In this document: positions 17,043 through 26,509 of the stretch, one piece after another
How the letters are laid out: each line of letters opens with the position of its first letter
Position numbering within the stretch: position 1 is the first letter of the stretch
Assembly: GCA_041750285.1 (NCBI GenBank)
Contig: JBGSZS010000015.1
Span: 1-26,940 of the forward strand
DNA: 26,940 nucleotides
Direction: 5' to 3'
Origin: Candidatus Fermentibacteraceae bacterium
GTDB lineage: Bacteria; Fermentibacterota; Fermentibacteria; Fermentibacterales; JCC-6
Notes under the pieces: generated by a model
The model's database searches: none
Told to the model about the DNA's origin: nothing
What the model saw: the letters and a program-made list of their open reading frames with translations, nothing else
Translations under genes and position numbers: made by a program

Positions 17043-17861
17043 TCAGTCCCATATCCCGGGGATGTCCTTGATCTGCGCGTAGGTGAACACAGGCCCGTCC
17101 TTGCAGCAGTAGAAAGTCCCGAGCCTGCAGTGGCCACACTTCCCAAAACCGCAGGACATGTTCTTCTCCATCGAGAGGTAGATCCTCTCCGGTGGAATGC
17201 CCATCTCAAGCATTCTGAAGGTGACGAACTTCATCATGACGGGCGGACCGCAGGAGATCCCCACCGCGTTTCCAGGGTCGATGCACGTGCTGTCCATGAT
17301 CGATGTCACGAGCCCGGTCGCGCAGGTCCATGTTTCGTCACACTGATCGGTGGTGAGCCGGATGTCGAGGTCGGGCCGGTTCAGCCAGCCCATTATCTCG
17401 TCGCGGTAAAGGAACTCGCAGGGCTGCCTGCAGCCGGCGCGGTACGCCAGCTTCACAAGGTCGCCCCTCATCTTGAACAACGAATACATGAGGGTTCTCA
17501 GGGGGGCGAGCCCAACGCCGCCACCCACTACCAGAACTTCCTTCCCCTTGAATTCCTCGAGCGGGTAGCCGTGGCCGTACGGACCCCTGAGCCCCACGAT
17601 ATCCCCGGCCTTCAGCCTGTGGATCGCTTCGGTTACCTTGCCGACCTTCACAATGGTTATGTCCATCTTCTCATGGTCGCCGCAGTAGGATGAAGGAGTG
17701 AAAGGCGCTTCGCCCACGCCCGGAACGGAGACTTCCATGAACTGCCCCGGGGAGAATGAAAGAGGCTCCGAGGGACGGAGCCTGATCGTGGTTATCGATG
17801 GGGTTTCAGTGATCACTTCCAGTACTTCCGTTTTCACTGACCTGTACGGGTTTTTATCCAT
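17043..17861 (-). CDS. AsrB/sulfhydrogenase-gamma (HydG)-like FAD/NAD(P)-binding [2Fe-2S] oxidoreductase
   Basis: PGQF, GVGEAPF, RGPYGHGYP, GGGVGLAPLR, CGPPVMM, MSCGFGKCGHC...CKDGPVF. Confidence 0.9.
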   Translation of the reverse strand: MDKNPYRSVKTEVLEVITETPSITTIRLRPSEPLSFSPGQFMEVSVPGVGEAPFTPSSYCGDHEKMDITIVKVGKVTEAIHRLKAGDIVGLRGPYGHGYPLEEFKGKEVLVVGGGVGLAPLRTLMYSLFKMRGDLVKLAYRAGCRQPCEFLYRDEIMGWLNRPDLDIRLTTDQCDETWTCATGLVTSIMDSTCIDPGNAVGISCGPPVMMKFVTFRMLEMGIPPERIYLSMEKNMSCGFGKCGHCRLGTFYCCKDGPVFTYAQIKDIPGIWD

Positions 17862-18882
17862 TCTCCACCAGTCTTCTCAATACGCGCCTGATGTCGATCC
17901 TGCCGGGGCAGGCCGATGAACATCTGCCGCAACCTGTGCAGGCGAACTCCCCGGCAACCTTTGGAAAGAAATCGAACTTCTTCTCGAAACGGTTGCGCAG
18001 CCTCATCCAGAGCCGGGACCTGGGGTTCTCTCCGCCGGCGACCCGGGCGAAGTCGTTGATCAGGCAGGAATCCCATACCCTGAACCTGCCTGCGGTTCCC
18101 TGCGCCATCTGGTCGTAGAGATAGAAGCAGTGGCAGGTCGGACAGATGGTGTTGCAGGCCCCGCACTCGACACAGGTCGCCGCCTCTTCAGCCCACAAGG
18201 GATCATCGTACTTTCGAGCCACGGCACCCTTCAGGCTTTCAACCCCGGGCGTTCCGCCGGTTTCGGCGATCATGCGCAGCTTTTCCAGCACGGCCTCCCT
18301 GGTTTCGCTGCGTTCCTGCAACTGCGCAGGCGACGGATCAGTGAAGAGGGAGGCGTGGGAGGCCATCACGGCGCGGCCTTTCTCTGAGCCCGCTTCGGCA
18401 AGGAACCCTCCGCTCACGGGCGAGAGGTTTATGTCGTACCCCTCTTCGGGATGGGGCAGCCCGTCGAGGGATGTGCAGAAACATGTTTCAAGTGCGTCGG
18501 TGCAGTCGGAGGAGATCACGAGGCTTTCCTGCCGGAGCCTTTTGTAAGTGGGATCGCCGAACTCGGGGTCGAGAAAGACGTGGTCGAGAATTCGGAATCC
18601 CTTGAGATCGCATGCCTTTGCACCCACGACACAGAGCGGGATGAAGCCCCGGGCTGGAACGTCTGGTTCGAAACCGGTGGCGACCCTCTCGCGGCCGGCA
18701 AAGAAGAATGCCTTGAGGGGCTCAACCGCCCTTACACCGCCTATCAAGGCGCTGCCCGGGTCGGATCTGTCAATGGATGTGAAATGTGACTTGTTCCCGC
18801 TCCCGATTGGGAAGAGGAGTTTGTGGGACCCACCGAGAGCCTTCAGTAGTGACTCGAAGTGAACCCTGCTCAGAAATGTCAT
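17854..18882 (-). CDS. AsrA/sulfhydrogenase-beta (HydB)-like Fe-S protein
   Basis: GAKACD, TCFC, CVECGACNTICPTCHC, WDSC, CTGCGRCSSACP. Start placed at ATG 18882; the longer ORF would run into hypB. Confidence 0.88.
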   Translation of the reverse strand: MTFLSRVHFESLLKALGGSHKLLFPIGSGNKSHFTSIDRSDPGSALIGGVRAVEPLKAFFFAGRERVATGFEPDVPARGFIPLCVVGAKACDLKGFRILDHVFLDPEFGDPTYKRLRQESLVISSDCTDALETCFCTSLDGLPHPEEGYDINLSPVSGGFLAEAGSEKGRAVMASHASLFTDPSPAQLQERSETREAVLEKLRMIAETGGTPGVESLKGAVARKYDDPLWAEEAATCVECGACNTICPTCHCFYLYDQMAQGTAGRFRVWDSCLINDFARVAGGENPRSRLWMRLRNRFEKKFDFFPKVAGEFACTGCGRCSSACPGRIDIRRVLRRLVENG

Positions 18883-18888
18883 GCGCGC

Positions 18889-18917
18889 TTCATAATTCTG
18901 TTGAATAACCGTGTCAA
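18889..18917 (-). promoter_or_regulatory. Putative sigma70 promoter of the group 4 hydrogenase operon
   Basis: Minus strand TTGACA (18917-18912) - 17 nt - TATGAA (18894-18889) - 6 nt - ATG. Confidence 0.55.
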
Positions 18918-18980
18918 CCCCCCGGACGAACGGCATCGCAAGCGTCACGCACCTGCCTGCGTGATGCTCTCCAACGGCTT

Positions 18981-19622
18981 TTACAGCGATTCCCACCTGC
19001 CCCTCAGGAAGGCGCAGAGATCAGCCATGCCCTCCCCGGTCCTCGCTGAAATGCGGAAGGTCTTCACGCCGGGATTGAGGCTTCTGCACTCATTCTCGAC
19101 GCGGTCCATGTCGAACTCCATGTGGGGCAGCAGGTCCGTCTTGGTCAGTAGCAGCATGTCGATACGGCTGAAGAGAGAGGGATACTTCAGCACCTTGTCG
19201 TCACCCTCGGGAAGCGAGAGCATCCCGACCTTGATGTGCTCTCCAAGGTCGTATGCGCTGGGGCAGATGAGGTTGCCCACGTTCTCGATGGCCAGGTACC
19301 TGAAGGGTTTTTTCTTGTCCAGCGACGAGAACGCTTCCTTCACGGCAGCCGCGTCAAGGTGGCATGAGCCCCCGGTCTCGATCTGAACGGCACGGCAGCC
19401 GGCCCGGATGATCCTGTCGGCGTCCCTCCGGGTCTTGACGTCCCCCTCTATCACTGCCATCTCCGGCCCGAACTCGGCGGCAAGGGCTTCGAGCAGTGTC
19501 GTCTTGCCGGCTCCCGGAGAACTGATGATGTTGAACGCGAGAATGCCGTTAAAGCCGAACGCACGCCTGTTCTCCGCGGCGATGTCATCATTCTTCGTCA
19601 TCACTGGTGACTTGATCCTCAT
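18981..19622 (-). CDS. hypB: Nickel-insertion GTPase HypB
   Basis: SSPGAGKTT, IEGD, GSCHLDA, ENVGNLICP, PEGDDK, TKTD. ATG 19622 lies 6 nt after GGGGAGG. Confidence 0.95.
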   Translation of the reverse strand: MRIKSPVMTKNDDIAAENRRAFGFNGILAFNIISSPGAGKTTLLEALAAEFGPEMAVIEGDVKTRRDADRIIRAGCRAVQIETGGSCHLDAAAVKEAFSSLDKKKPFRYLAIENVGNLICPSAYDLGEHIKVGMLSLPEGDDKVLKYPSLFSRIDMLLLTKTDLLPHMEFDMDRVENECRSLNPGVKTFRISARTGEGMADLCAFLRGRWESL

Positions 19623-19968
19623 CGGCATCCTCCCCGTCAAGCTCGACGCTTTCAACAAAGAACTCCCTGCCCGAGACAATCCTTCTGTCCCACGAACCGC
19701 ATGCCGGGCAACCCGGCGAAAAGTCATCGCTGTGCCACACGTGACCGCATCTCGTGCAGCGCATTTCCGCCCTGGTCTTCCGGACAACGAGTTCGGGGCG
19801 CCCCAGACCCCTCGCTGAGGCGATCTCGGTGAAGCAGAATGCAAGTGACTCACCCGAAACCCCTGAAAGCGGGCCGATCACCACGGTGACCGTGGAGAGA
19901 GTCCTGGGTCCGCCGAGAGCGGAGATGATCACTTCCGCCATGTCCTGGGCAAGGGAGTACTCGTGCAT
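19588..19968 (-). CDS. hypA: Nickel chaperone HypA
   Basis: MHE N-terminus, IGPLSGV, CTRC and CPAC, SGREF. Confidence 0.95.
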   Translation of the reverse strand: MHEYSLAQDMAEVIISALGGPRTLSTVTVVIGPLSGVSGESLAFCFTEIASARGLGRPELVVRKTRAEMRCTRCGHVWHSDDFSPGCPACGSWDRRIVSGREFFVESVELDGEDADEDQVTSDDEE

Positions 19969-19990
19969 TTCCTTCCATCACCTCGGGCCA

Positions 19991-20068
19991 AGTATAAGGC
20001 GCGGTTCCGACCCATCAAACCGGCAACGAAACGGGGAGGAAGTGCGGGACCATCCCGTTGCTTATAAT
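19991..20068. promoter_or_regulatory. Divergent -10 elements for hypAB (-) and hypF (+)
   Basis: TATACT on the minus strand at 19996-19991 and TATAAT on the plus strand at 20063-20068. Confidence 0.5.
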
Positions 20069-20074
20069 CACCGA

Positions 20075-22315
20075 ATGGATGTGCAGCGCTTGCGGATCTC
20101 GGTGGAGGGAGCTGTCCAGGGCGTCGGGTTCCGTCCCTTCGTCTACAGGCTTGCCCGCCGTCTTGGCATCACCGGGCTGGTCTGGAACTCCTCCGGGGGG
20201 GTCGTCATCGAAGCCCAGGGCAGCGGGGAGAGCCTGAAGGCATTCCTTCGCTGTCTCAGTGATGAAAAACCCGGACCCGCGGTGATAAGCAGCATAAGAA
20301 CCGTGGCGACCCCTCCCCTGCCCGGGACCGGATTCGTCATAGCGCCGAGCAGGGAGGGCGCTCCTGCGACCCTTGTAACGCCCGACCTTGTGGTCTGTCC
20401 CGAGTGCATCAGAGAGATGACGGACCCCTCCGACCGCAGGTACAGGTACCCCTTCATAAACTGCACGAACTGCGGACCGCGTTTCTCGATCCTCCTGGCG
20501 CTGCCCTACGACCGGCCCAACACGACGATGCTGGGCTTCAGGATGTGCCCCGACTGCGCATCGGAGTACGGGGACCCGCTGGACCGCCGCTTTCACGCGC
20601 AACCAGTGGCGTGCCCGGTGTGCGGCCCGAGGCTGCGGCTTTTAGACCCTGAAGGCGGTGAGCTGTCCCGCGAGGACAATGCCCTGAAAGACGCGGTGGC
20701 TGAACTGCGCCGGGGAGGTGTGGTTGCCCTGAAGGGGCTGGGAGGGTTCCAGCTCCTTGTCCGGGCCGATTCCGACGCCGCAGTAGAACTCCTCAGACAG
20801 AGGAAGCGCAGGCCCGCAAAGCCACTGGCCCTGCTCGTCAGGGACATCGATGCGGCCGAAGCGCTCTGCTTGATCAACACGGGGGAGAGGGAACTCCTTC
20901 TTTCGCCCGCGGCCCCGATAACACTGCTTGCGCGCAGGGGCCGGGGAGTTTCCGCCGGGATCGCTCCGGACAGCCCATGGCTGGGAGTGATGCTTCCCGC
21001 AACGCCACTGCATTACCTGCTTGCCTCGGACTCCGGTTTTCCGCTCGTTGCCACCAGCGGGAACGCCCCGGGGGAACCGATATGCACCGATAACACAGAA
21101 GCCCTGACCAAACTCCGGGGCGTCGCCGACCTCTTCCTGGTCCATGACAGGCCCATAGCAAGGCAGGTCGACGACTCGGTCGTCGCCTGGCTTCCCGACG
21201 GCCCGCTCATGATCCGCAGGGCCAGGGGATATGCACCCCTTCCGATCACCGTAAGGGGCGTTGCTGCAGGCACTCTGGCCGTGGGTGGGCACCTGGCGAA
21301 CACGGGAGCTGTCTCGATAAGGGGCGGGGTGATCCTGAGCCAGCACATAGGCGACCTCGAGACCCTTGCCTCTGTCCAGGCCCACCAAAGGGCGCTGACC
21401 GACCTGCAGACCCTGTTCGGCCGGGCATCACGGGTGGTCGGGGACATGCACCCCGACTACGCTTCCACCGCAACTGCGGGGAAGACCGGGCTTCCCGGGA
21501 TGACGGTTCAGCATCACCACGCCCACATCATGGGGTGCATGGCCGAGAACGGAACGAGCGCACCCGTTCTCGGTGTCGCCTGGGACGGCGTCGGGCTGGG
21601 AACCGACAACACCGCGTGGGGGGGCGAGTTTCTCCTGGTAGGGGAAAACACCGGCTTTGAAAGGTTTGCATGCCTGCGCCCATTTCCCGTCCCGGGCGGC
21701 GACGCGGCAGCGCTGGAACCACGCAGATCGGCACTCGGGCTCCTCTGGGCAATGAACGGCTCCCTCCCCTCTTCATCAAGCTTCTTCAGTGATCCCGAAC
21801 TCAGGGTCGTAAAGCGGATGATGGAAAGGGGGGTGAACACGCCCACAACCACCAGCGCCGGAAGGCTTTTCGACGGTGTTGCGGCCCTTCTCGGCCTGCG
21901 TGGCGTCTGCTCCTACAGTGGCGAGGCGCCCGTCCTGCTTGAAAACCTCGCCCACGGCACCGCGGGGGAAAAGGGTTACCCCATGACGCTCCGGAAGCAG
22001 GGACCTCCCATGACGCTCGACTGGGAGCCAATGCTGAACGCCATTTCTGCGGACGCCCGGAAAGCGGTGCCCATCGCCGTCATCTCACGAAGGTTTCACG
22101 AGGGGTTGTCGGACGGGATCCTGATGGTTGCCCGTGAGGCCGGGATCGGGCAGGTTGTGATTACCGGGGGGTGTTTCACCAACAGGCTTCTCACCGAACT
22201 GACCATGGCAAAACTGGGGGCCGGCGGTTTCACGCCGGTCAGGCACCGTCTGGTGCCGCCCGGTGACGGCGGCCTGGCCCTGGGTCAGGCGGTGATGGGA
22301 CAATGGGCGCTGTGA
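20075..22315 (+). CDS. hypF: Carbamoyltransferase HypF
   Basis: GAVQGVGFRPFVY (acylphosphatase domain), Zn fingers CPEC/CTNC/CPDC/CPVC, KGLGGF, QHHHAH, GDGGLALGQ. ATG 20075, alternative GTG 20042. Confidence 0.96.
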   Translation: MDVQRLRISVEGAVQGVGFRPFVYRLARRLGITGLVWNSSGGVVIEAQGSGESLKAFLRCLSDEKPGPAVISSIRTVATPPLPGTGFVIAPSREGAPATLVTPDLVVCPECIREMTDPSDRRYRYPFINCTNCGPRFSILLALPYDRPNTTMLGFRMCPDCASEYGDPLDRRFHAQPVACPVCGPRLRLLDPEGGELSREDNALKDAVAELRRGGVVALKGLGGFQLLVRADSDAAVELLRQRKRRPAKPLALLVRDIDAAEALCLINTGERELLLSPAAPITLLARRGRGVSAGIAPDSPWLGVMLPATPLHYLLASDSGFPLVATSGNAPGEPICTDNTEALTKLRGVADLFLVHDRPIARQVDDSVVAWLPDGPLMIRRARGYAPLPITVRGVAAGTLAVGGHLANTGAVSIRGGVILSQHIGDLETLASVQAHQRALTDLQTLFGRASRVVGDMHPDYASTATAGKTGLPGMTVQHHHAHIMGCMAENGTSAPVLGVAWDGVGLGTDNTAWGGEFLLVGENTGFERFACLRPFPVPGGDAAALEPRRSALGLLWAMNGSLPSSSSFFSDPELRVVKRMMERGVNTPTTTSAGRLFDGVAALLGLRGVCSYSGEAPVLLENLAHGTAGEKGYPMTLRKQGPPMTLDWEPMLNAISADARKAVPIAVISRRFHEGLSDGILMVAREAGIGQVVITGGCFTNRLLTELTMAKLGAGGFTPVRHRLVPPGDGGLALGQAVMGQWAL

Positions 22316-22424
22316 GGAGGGAACACCCGGGGACCATGCCTCTTCTCCCGCGTTTCCGCAGAAGACCCCATTCCATATACTACGGCCGCGATCATCCCTT
22401 TCAGCAGGTATCGGGGGAGGTCCG

Positions 22425-23507
22425 ATGAAGTTCGTCGACGAGTACCGTGAAGCTTCCCTCTGCAAAGGCTACGCGGAGGAGATCAGGCGAACGGCGACCC
22501 GCCCCTGGACCATAATGGAGGTCTGCGGAGGGCAGACCCACACCATCCTCCGTTACGACCTTCCGGGCATGCTGAAAGGCGCCGTGGAGCTCATCCACGG
22601 TCCGGGCTGCCCGGTGTGCGTCACACCGCCCTCCTTCATCGATGCCGCCCTTCACATCGCTTCACTGCCCGGAGTGGTCCTGTGCTCCTTCGGCGACATG
22701 CTCAGGGTTCCCGGCAGCGGGGGAGACCTCAATTCGGTCAGGGCCCGGGGAGGGAACGTCAGAATGGTCTACTCACCGTTCGACGCCGTGGTGCTGGCCC
22801 GCAAAGACCCCGCAAACCAGGTCGTCATGTTCGCCGTGGGGTTCGAGACCACCGCTCCGGCAACCGCGGCCGCGCTTCTTTCCGCTGCTGAGCTTGACAA
22901 CTTCTCGGTCATCTGCTGTCATGTACTGGTGCTGCCCGCCATGGAGGCGGTGATGTCCATGAAGGGGTGCAGGGTCAACGGATTCCTTGCCGCGGGCCAC
23001 GTATGCACCGTCATGGGGTGGAACCAGTACTCGGCACTGGCCCGGGACCAGAAGGTGCCGGTGATCGTTGCCGGCTTCGAGCCGGCTGACATCCTTCAGG
23101 CCATCCACATGTGCGTGAGCCAGCTGGAGAACGGTTCGCACCGGGTCGAAAACCAGTACACACGGTCGGTATCCCCGGACGGGAACCCTGCCGCGAAAGC
23201 CCTCATGGAACGAGTATTCAGTGTGACGGACAGGGAATGGCGCGGCCTCGGCATGATCCCGGAAAGCGGTCTCCGTCTCTCAGACGGCTGGCGGGATTTT
23301 GACGCGATCCGCAGGTTCGGGGTGACCCTTGGGGAACCGGAAACCGGCACCGGGTGCATGGCCGGCAGGGTCCTCACCGGCGAGATCCCCCCAACGGGCT
23401 GCCCGCACTTCGGAAGGGGTTGCACACCGGAGTCTCCCATGGGCGCCCCGATGGTCTCCTCCGAGGGCGCATGTGCGGCCCACTACCGGTACGGGAGAAG
23501 AACATGA
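22425..23507 (+). CDS. hypD: Hydrogenase maturation protein HypD
   Basis: MEVCGGQTH, GPGCPVC, GFETT, MVSSEGAC. GGAGG RBS; TATACT at 22376-22381 upstream. Confidence 0.96.
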   Translation: MKFVDEYREASLCKGYAEEIRRTATRPWTIMEVCGGQTHTILRYDLPGMLKGAVELIHGPGCPVCVTPPSFIDAALHIASLPGVVLCSFGDMLRVPGSGGDLNSVRARGGNVRMVYSPFDAVVLARKDPANQVVMFAVGFETTAPATAAALLSAAELDNFSVICCHVLVLPAMEAVMSMKGCRVNGFLAAGHVCTVMGWNQYSALARDQKVPVIVAGFEPADILQAIHMCVSQLENGSHRVENQYTRSVSPDGNPAAKALMERVFSVTDREWRGLGMIPESGLRLSDGWRDFDAIRRFGVTLGEPETGTGCMAGRVLTGEIPPTGCPHFGRGCTPESPMGAPMVSSEGACAAHYRYGRRT

Positions 23508-24526
23508 TGAACTGCCCGCTTCCCGCGCCATCCGGCGACACCGTAACGCTCGCCCACGGCGGGGGCGGACGGCTTACGAACCGTCTTATCGAGGACGTGA
23601 TGATACCGGCCTTCGGAAGGCCTCCGGGCGGCGAACAGCACGACGGGGCTCTCCTCCCCCTTCAGGGAGACTCCGGGATAGCCTTCACCACGGACTGCCA
23701 TGTCGTCGATCCGCTTTTCTTCCCGGGAGGCGACATAGGCTCCCTCTCCATCATCGGCACGCTGAACGACCTGGCGATGTGCGGCGCCGTACCGAAATGG
23801 ATCAGCGCGGGGTTCATACTCGAGGAGGGCCTTTCCATGAGCGTCCTCCGAAGGGTCGTGGCCTCGATGGCGAAAGCCGCCGCGAACTCGGACGTGAGGA
23901 TAGTCACCGGTGACACGAAAGTTGTGAACAAAGGCAAGGGTGACGGGATCTATATCTGCACCTCGGGCGTTGGCCGGGTGATACCCGGAATGGACGTCAG
24001 ACCGAAAAGGGTGACCGTACGCGACGCGGTGCTGGTAAGCGGAGACATAGGCAGGCATGGCATCGCCGTTCTCGCATGCAGGGAGGGCATCTCCCTCGAG
24101 CTTACCATCGCAAGCGATCTTGAGCCTCTCACAGACAAGGTCCTGGCCCTCGCGGATGCGGGCGTTGATGTCCACTGCATGAGGGACCTCACGCGCGGCG
24201 GGCTTGCAGCGGCCCTGAACGAGATCGCAACGGCATCCTCCAAAGGCATGACGATGGATGAGGCAGCCATCCCAGTGGCCGGCGAGGTGGCCGGCGCCTG
24301 CGAGATACTCGGGCTCGACCCCCTTCAATCCGCATGCGAGGGAAGGTTCGTTCTGTTCACCCCTGAAGGCCATGCCCAAAAAGCCCTGGAGGCATTGGGG
24401 AAAGGGGCCGCCCTCATCGGCGTGGTCGGCGATTCACCCGAGACCGGGGTTTACCTGAGAACGACACTCGGGACCACAAGGATTCTCGAGATGCCCTCGG
24501 GCATGCTTCTGCCCAGGATCTGCTGA
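23504..24526 (+). CDS. hypE: Carbamoyl dehydratase HypE
   Basis: HGGGG, NDLAM, TGDTKVV, MRDLTRGG, C-terminal PRIC. ATGATG overlaps the hypD stop. Confidence 0.96.
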   Translation: MMNCPLPAPSGDTVTLAHGGGGRLTNRLIEDVMIPAFGRPPGGEQHDGALLPLQGDSGIAFTTDCHVVDPLFFPGGDIGSLSIIGTLNDLAMCGAVPKWISAGFILEEGLSMSVLRRVVASMAKAAANSDVRIVTGDTKVVNKGKGDGIYICTSGVGRVIPGMDVRPKRVTVRDAVLVSGDIGRHGIAVLACREGISLELTIASDLEPLTDKVLALADAGVDVHCMRDLTRGGLAAALNEIATASSKGMTMDEAAIPVAGEVAGACEILGLDPLQSACEGRFVLFTPEGHAQKALEALGKGAALIGVVGDSPETGVYLRTTLGTTRILEMPSGMLLPRIC

Positions 24527-24845
24527 GAAGACGCCTGAGACCAGAACCCGCAGGAGCAAAAAAGAATGCCGTCAAGGCTGTTCGGGAAGCTCACACTGAC
24601 TCAGATTCAGATTCAGGGTCAACCCGCCATGGAAATCCGTAACAGATAACAGAAGTATCAAAACGGCGACGATCCTGTTACAATTGTGATCGAAATTCAT
24701 TGAACAATCCCCCGCTCCATCAGAACCTCACCTGCAGGCCACATGCCTGAAGCCTCGAACGGTGAAATTCCCGCCCTGTACACAGTGACCCGGCATTAGC
24801 ATCATTGCACCAACAGATGGAATTAAGTCATAGAGGAGGGATGCA

Positions 24846-25862
24846 ATGTTGAGATGGTGGCTTTGCCTTTCGGTGTCACTTCTTCTGGTGTTTTCGGCAT
24901 GCGGCGACAACGCGGCGGGTCCCTCGGAGGAAGAGGGGGACGACGACTTTCCCAGGGAGATATCCGACAGCTGGGTGGCGTCTTCGGGCTCCGGGAGCAG
25001 CCAGGTCTTCGGGCTGCAGTGTCCCTCCGGGAATGAGGACAGGGTGTACTTCTGGCTCTGTGATCTCGCTGAGAACAATGACAGGCTCGTCTGCTACGCG
25101 AACGGCTACACCCAGTCATCTCCCGAACTTCCCGAAGGCAGCGGCTCCCACTACGCGGTCATTCCCCAGACGGGTGACGTCATCTATTCCAGTGCGGAGG
25201 GAAGCGGAACCAGGGTCATCCTGGCCAGCGAAGACCTTCTCACGCAGGCGGAGTTCACCACGGGCGAGACGGTAACGGGATTCATACCGATGATCGGCGG
25301 TGACAAGGTGCTGATGTGCCTCGGCCTGAACGCCGTGGTGCTCGAGATACCCTCCCTGGCCAGGGTGGATACGGTTCTCTGTACCGTGTCAAAGGGCTTT
25401 TCGGTTGAAGGGTACGGCACCTACGGGTACTCCGCCGAAATGGTGCTGAAGTTCGACCCGGCGACGTGCCAGATGACGCAGAATGCCCTGACTGGTTCAG
25501 AATGCACGCCGGTGATCAGCGGGGACGGAAGGCTCTATCTTCTTGAGAACGGAGTGCTGACCATCCTCGAGGCCGATGACCTGAGCATGGTCGAGTTCAA
25601 GGCCACCCCCTCCTCCTCGGTCTTCGCGCTTCATCCCGTTGGCGATTCGGTTTACCTCTACACCGTATCCACAGGCAACACCATCGACATATTCGACCTG
25701 GCCGACCTTGCGTGGAAGGGAACGGTGAGCGGGCTCACACTGACCAACCCCCTCGATGAGCTCATCTCGCACCCCGGCAGGAACGAGATCTGGGGGCTTT
25801 TCGTCAACTCTCAGAACCGCTTCGAGGTGTTCAAGATAGCTGAGCTTTCGGGACAGGGCTGA
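24846..25862 (+). CDS. Putative lipoprotein, possibly beta-propeller-like, function unknown
   Basis: GAGGAGG RBS, hydrophobic signal peptide with lipobox FSA|C (Cys19), acidic linker, beta-strand-rich body. Confidence 0.7.
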   Translation: MLRWWLCLSVSLLLVFSACGDNAAGPSEEEGDDDFPREISDSWVASSGSGSSQVFGLQCPSGNEDRVYFWLCDLAENNDRLVCYANGYTQSSPELPEGSGSHYAVIPQTGDVIYSSAEGSGTRVILASEDLLTQAEFTTGETVTGFIPMIGGDKVLMCLGLNAVVLEIPSLARVDTVLCTVSKGFSVEGYGTYGYSAEMVLKFDPATCQMTQNALTGSECTPVISGDGRLYLLENGVLTILEADDLSMVEFKATPSSSVFALHPVGDSVYLYTVSTGNTIDIFDLADLAWKGTVSGLTLTNPLDELISHPGRNEIWGLFVNSQNRFEVFKIAELSGQG

Positions 25863-25903
25863 GAGATCGGGGCCGGTTCAACTTCGCCAGTCCCGAACGA
25901 CTG

Positions 25904-26509
25904 TCACCCGGCCCCGCCTGAAGCAGGGCACGCCAGTATCTCCGCTCTCCGGAAGCACTCGACCGTGTGGTCGTTCACCATCCCAGTGGCCTGCATGTGG
26001 GCGTAGCAGATGGTGCTTCCCACGAACCGGAAGCCCCTGGACAGAAGGTCGCGGCTCATGGCGTCGGACTCGGGGCTCGTGGCCCTGTAATCGGCCGGGG
26101 TGCGTATCTCGCTGACGATGGGCTGGTGATCGACAAAGCCCCACATGTACCTGTCAAAGCTCCCGAACTCCTCCTGCACCGCAAGGAAGGCACTGGCGTT
26201 GGTAACCGCCGCCCTGAGTTTCGCCCGGTTCCGGATGATTCCCGGGTTCTGAAGGAGCAGTTCTATCCTGCTGTCATCGTACCGGGCGATAAGCACGGGA
26301 TCGAACCCGTCCAGGGCGTTGCGGAAGTTCTCACGCTTCCGCAGCACGGTGTACCAGCTCAGCCCCGCCTGCATGCCCTCGAGCACCAGGAACTCGAAGA
26401 GCATCCGGTCGTCGTGCAGGGGTGTTCCCCACTCCCTGTCGTGGTAGGCCGTGTGATCAGGCTTGGAACAGTCCACCCACGGGCAGCGGACAAGGCCGTC
26501 AGGGTGCAT
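25904..26509 (-). CDS. tag: DNA-3-methyladenine glycosylase I
   Basis: RCPW, YHDREWG, LEGMQAGLSW, IIRNRAK, GFRFVGSTICYAHMQATGMVNDH..C. ATG 26509. Confidence 0.95.
   Translation of the reverse strand: MHPDGLVRCPWVDCSKPDHTAYHDREWGTPLHDDRMLFEFLVLEGMQAGLSWYTVLRKRENFRNALDGFDPVLIARYDDSRIELLLQNPGIIRNRAKLRAAVTNASAFLAVQEEFGSFDRYMWGFVDHQPIVSEIRTPADYRATSPESDAMSRDLLSRGFRFVGSTICYAHMQATGMVNDHTVECFRRAEILACPASGGAG

Noticed and set aside
17043..18882. Anaerobic sulfite reductase (asrABC) or a group 3b sulfhydrogenase operon
   Set aside because: No siroheme AsrC and no adjacent group 3b delta/alpha genes. The pair is coupled to group 4 genes instead.
24601..24616. TCAGAT short tandem repeat
   Set aside because: Fewer than three copies and no spacers, so not CRISPR-like.
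24676..24705. TTGTGATCGAAATTCA resembling a Rex/CRP site within an imperfect inverted repeat
   Set aside because: Spacing and the right half-site do not fit TTGTGAA-N4-TTCACAA or TGTGA-N6-TCACA, so it is too weak to call.
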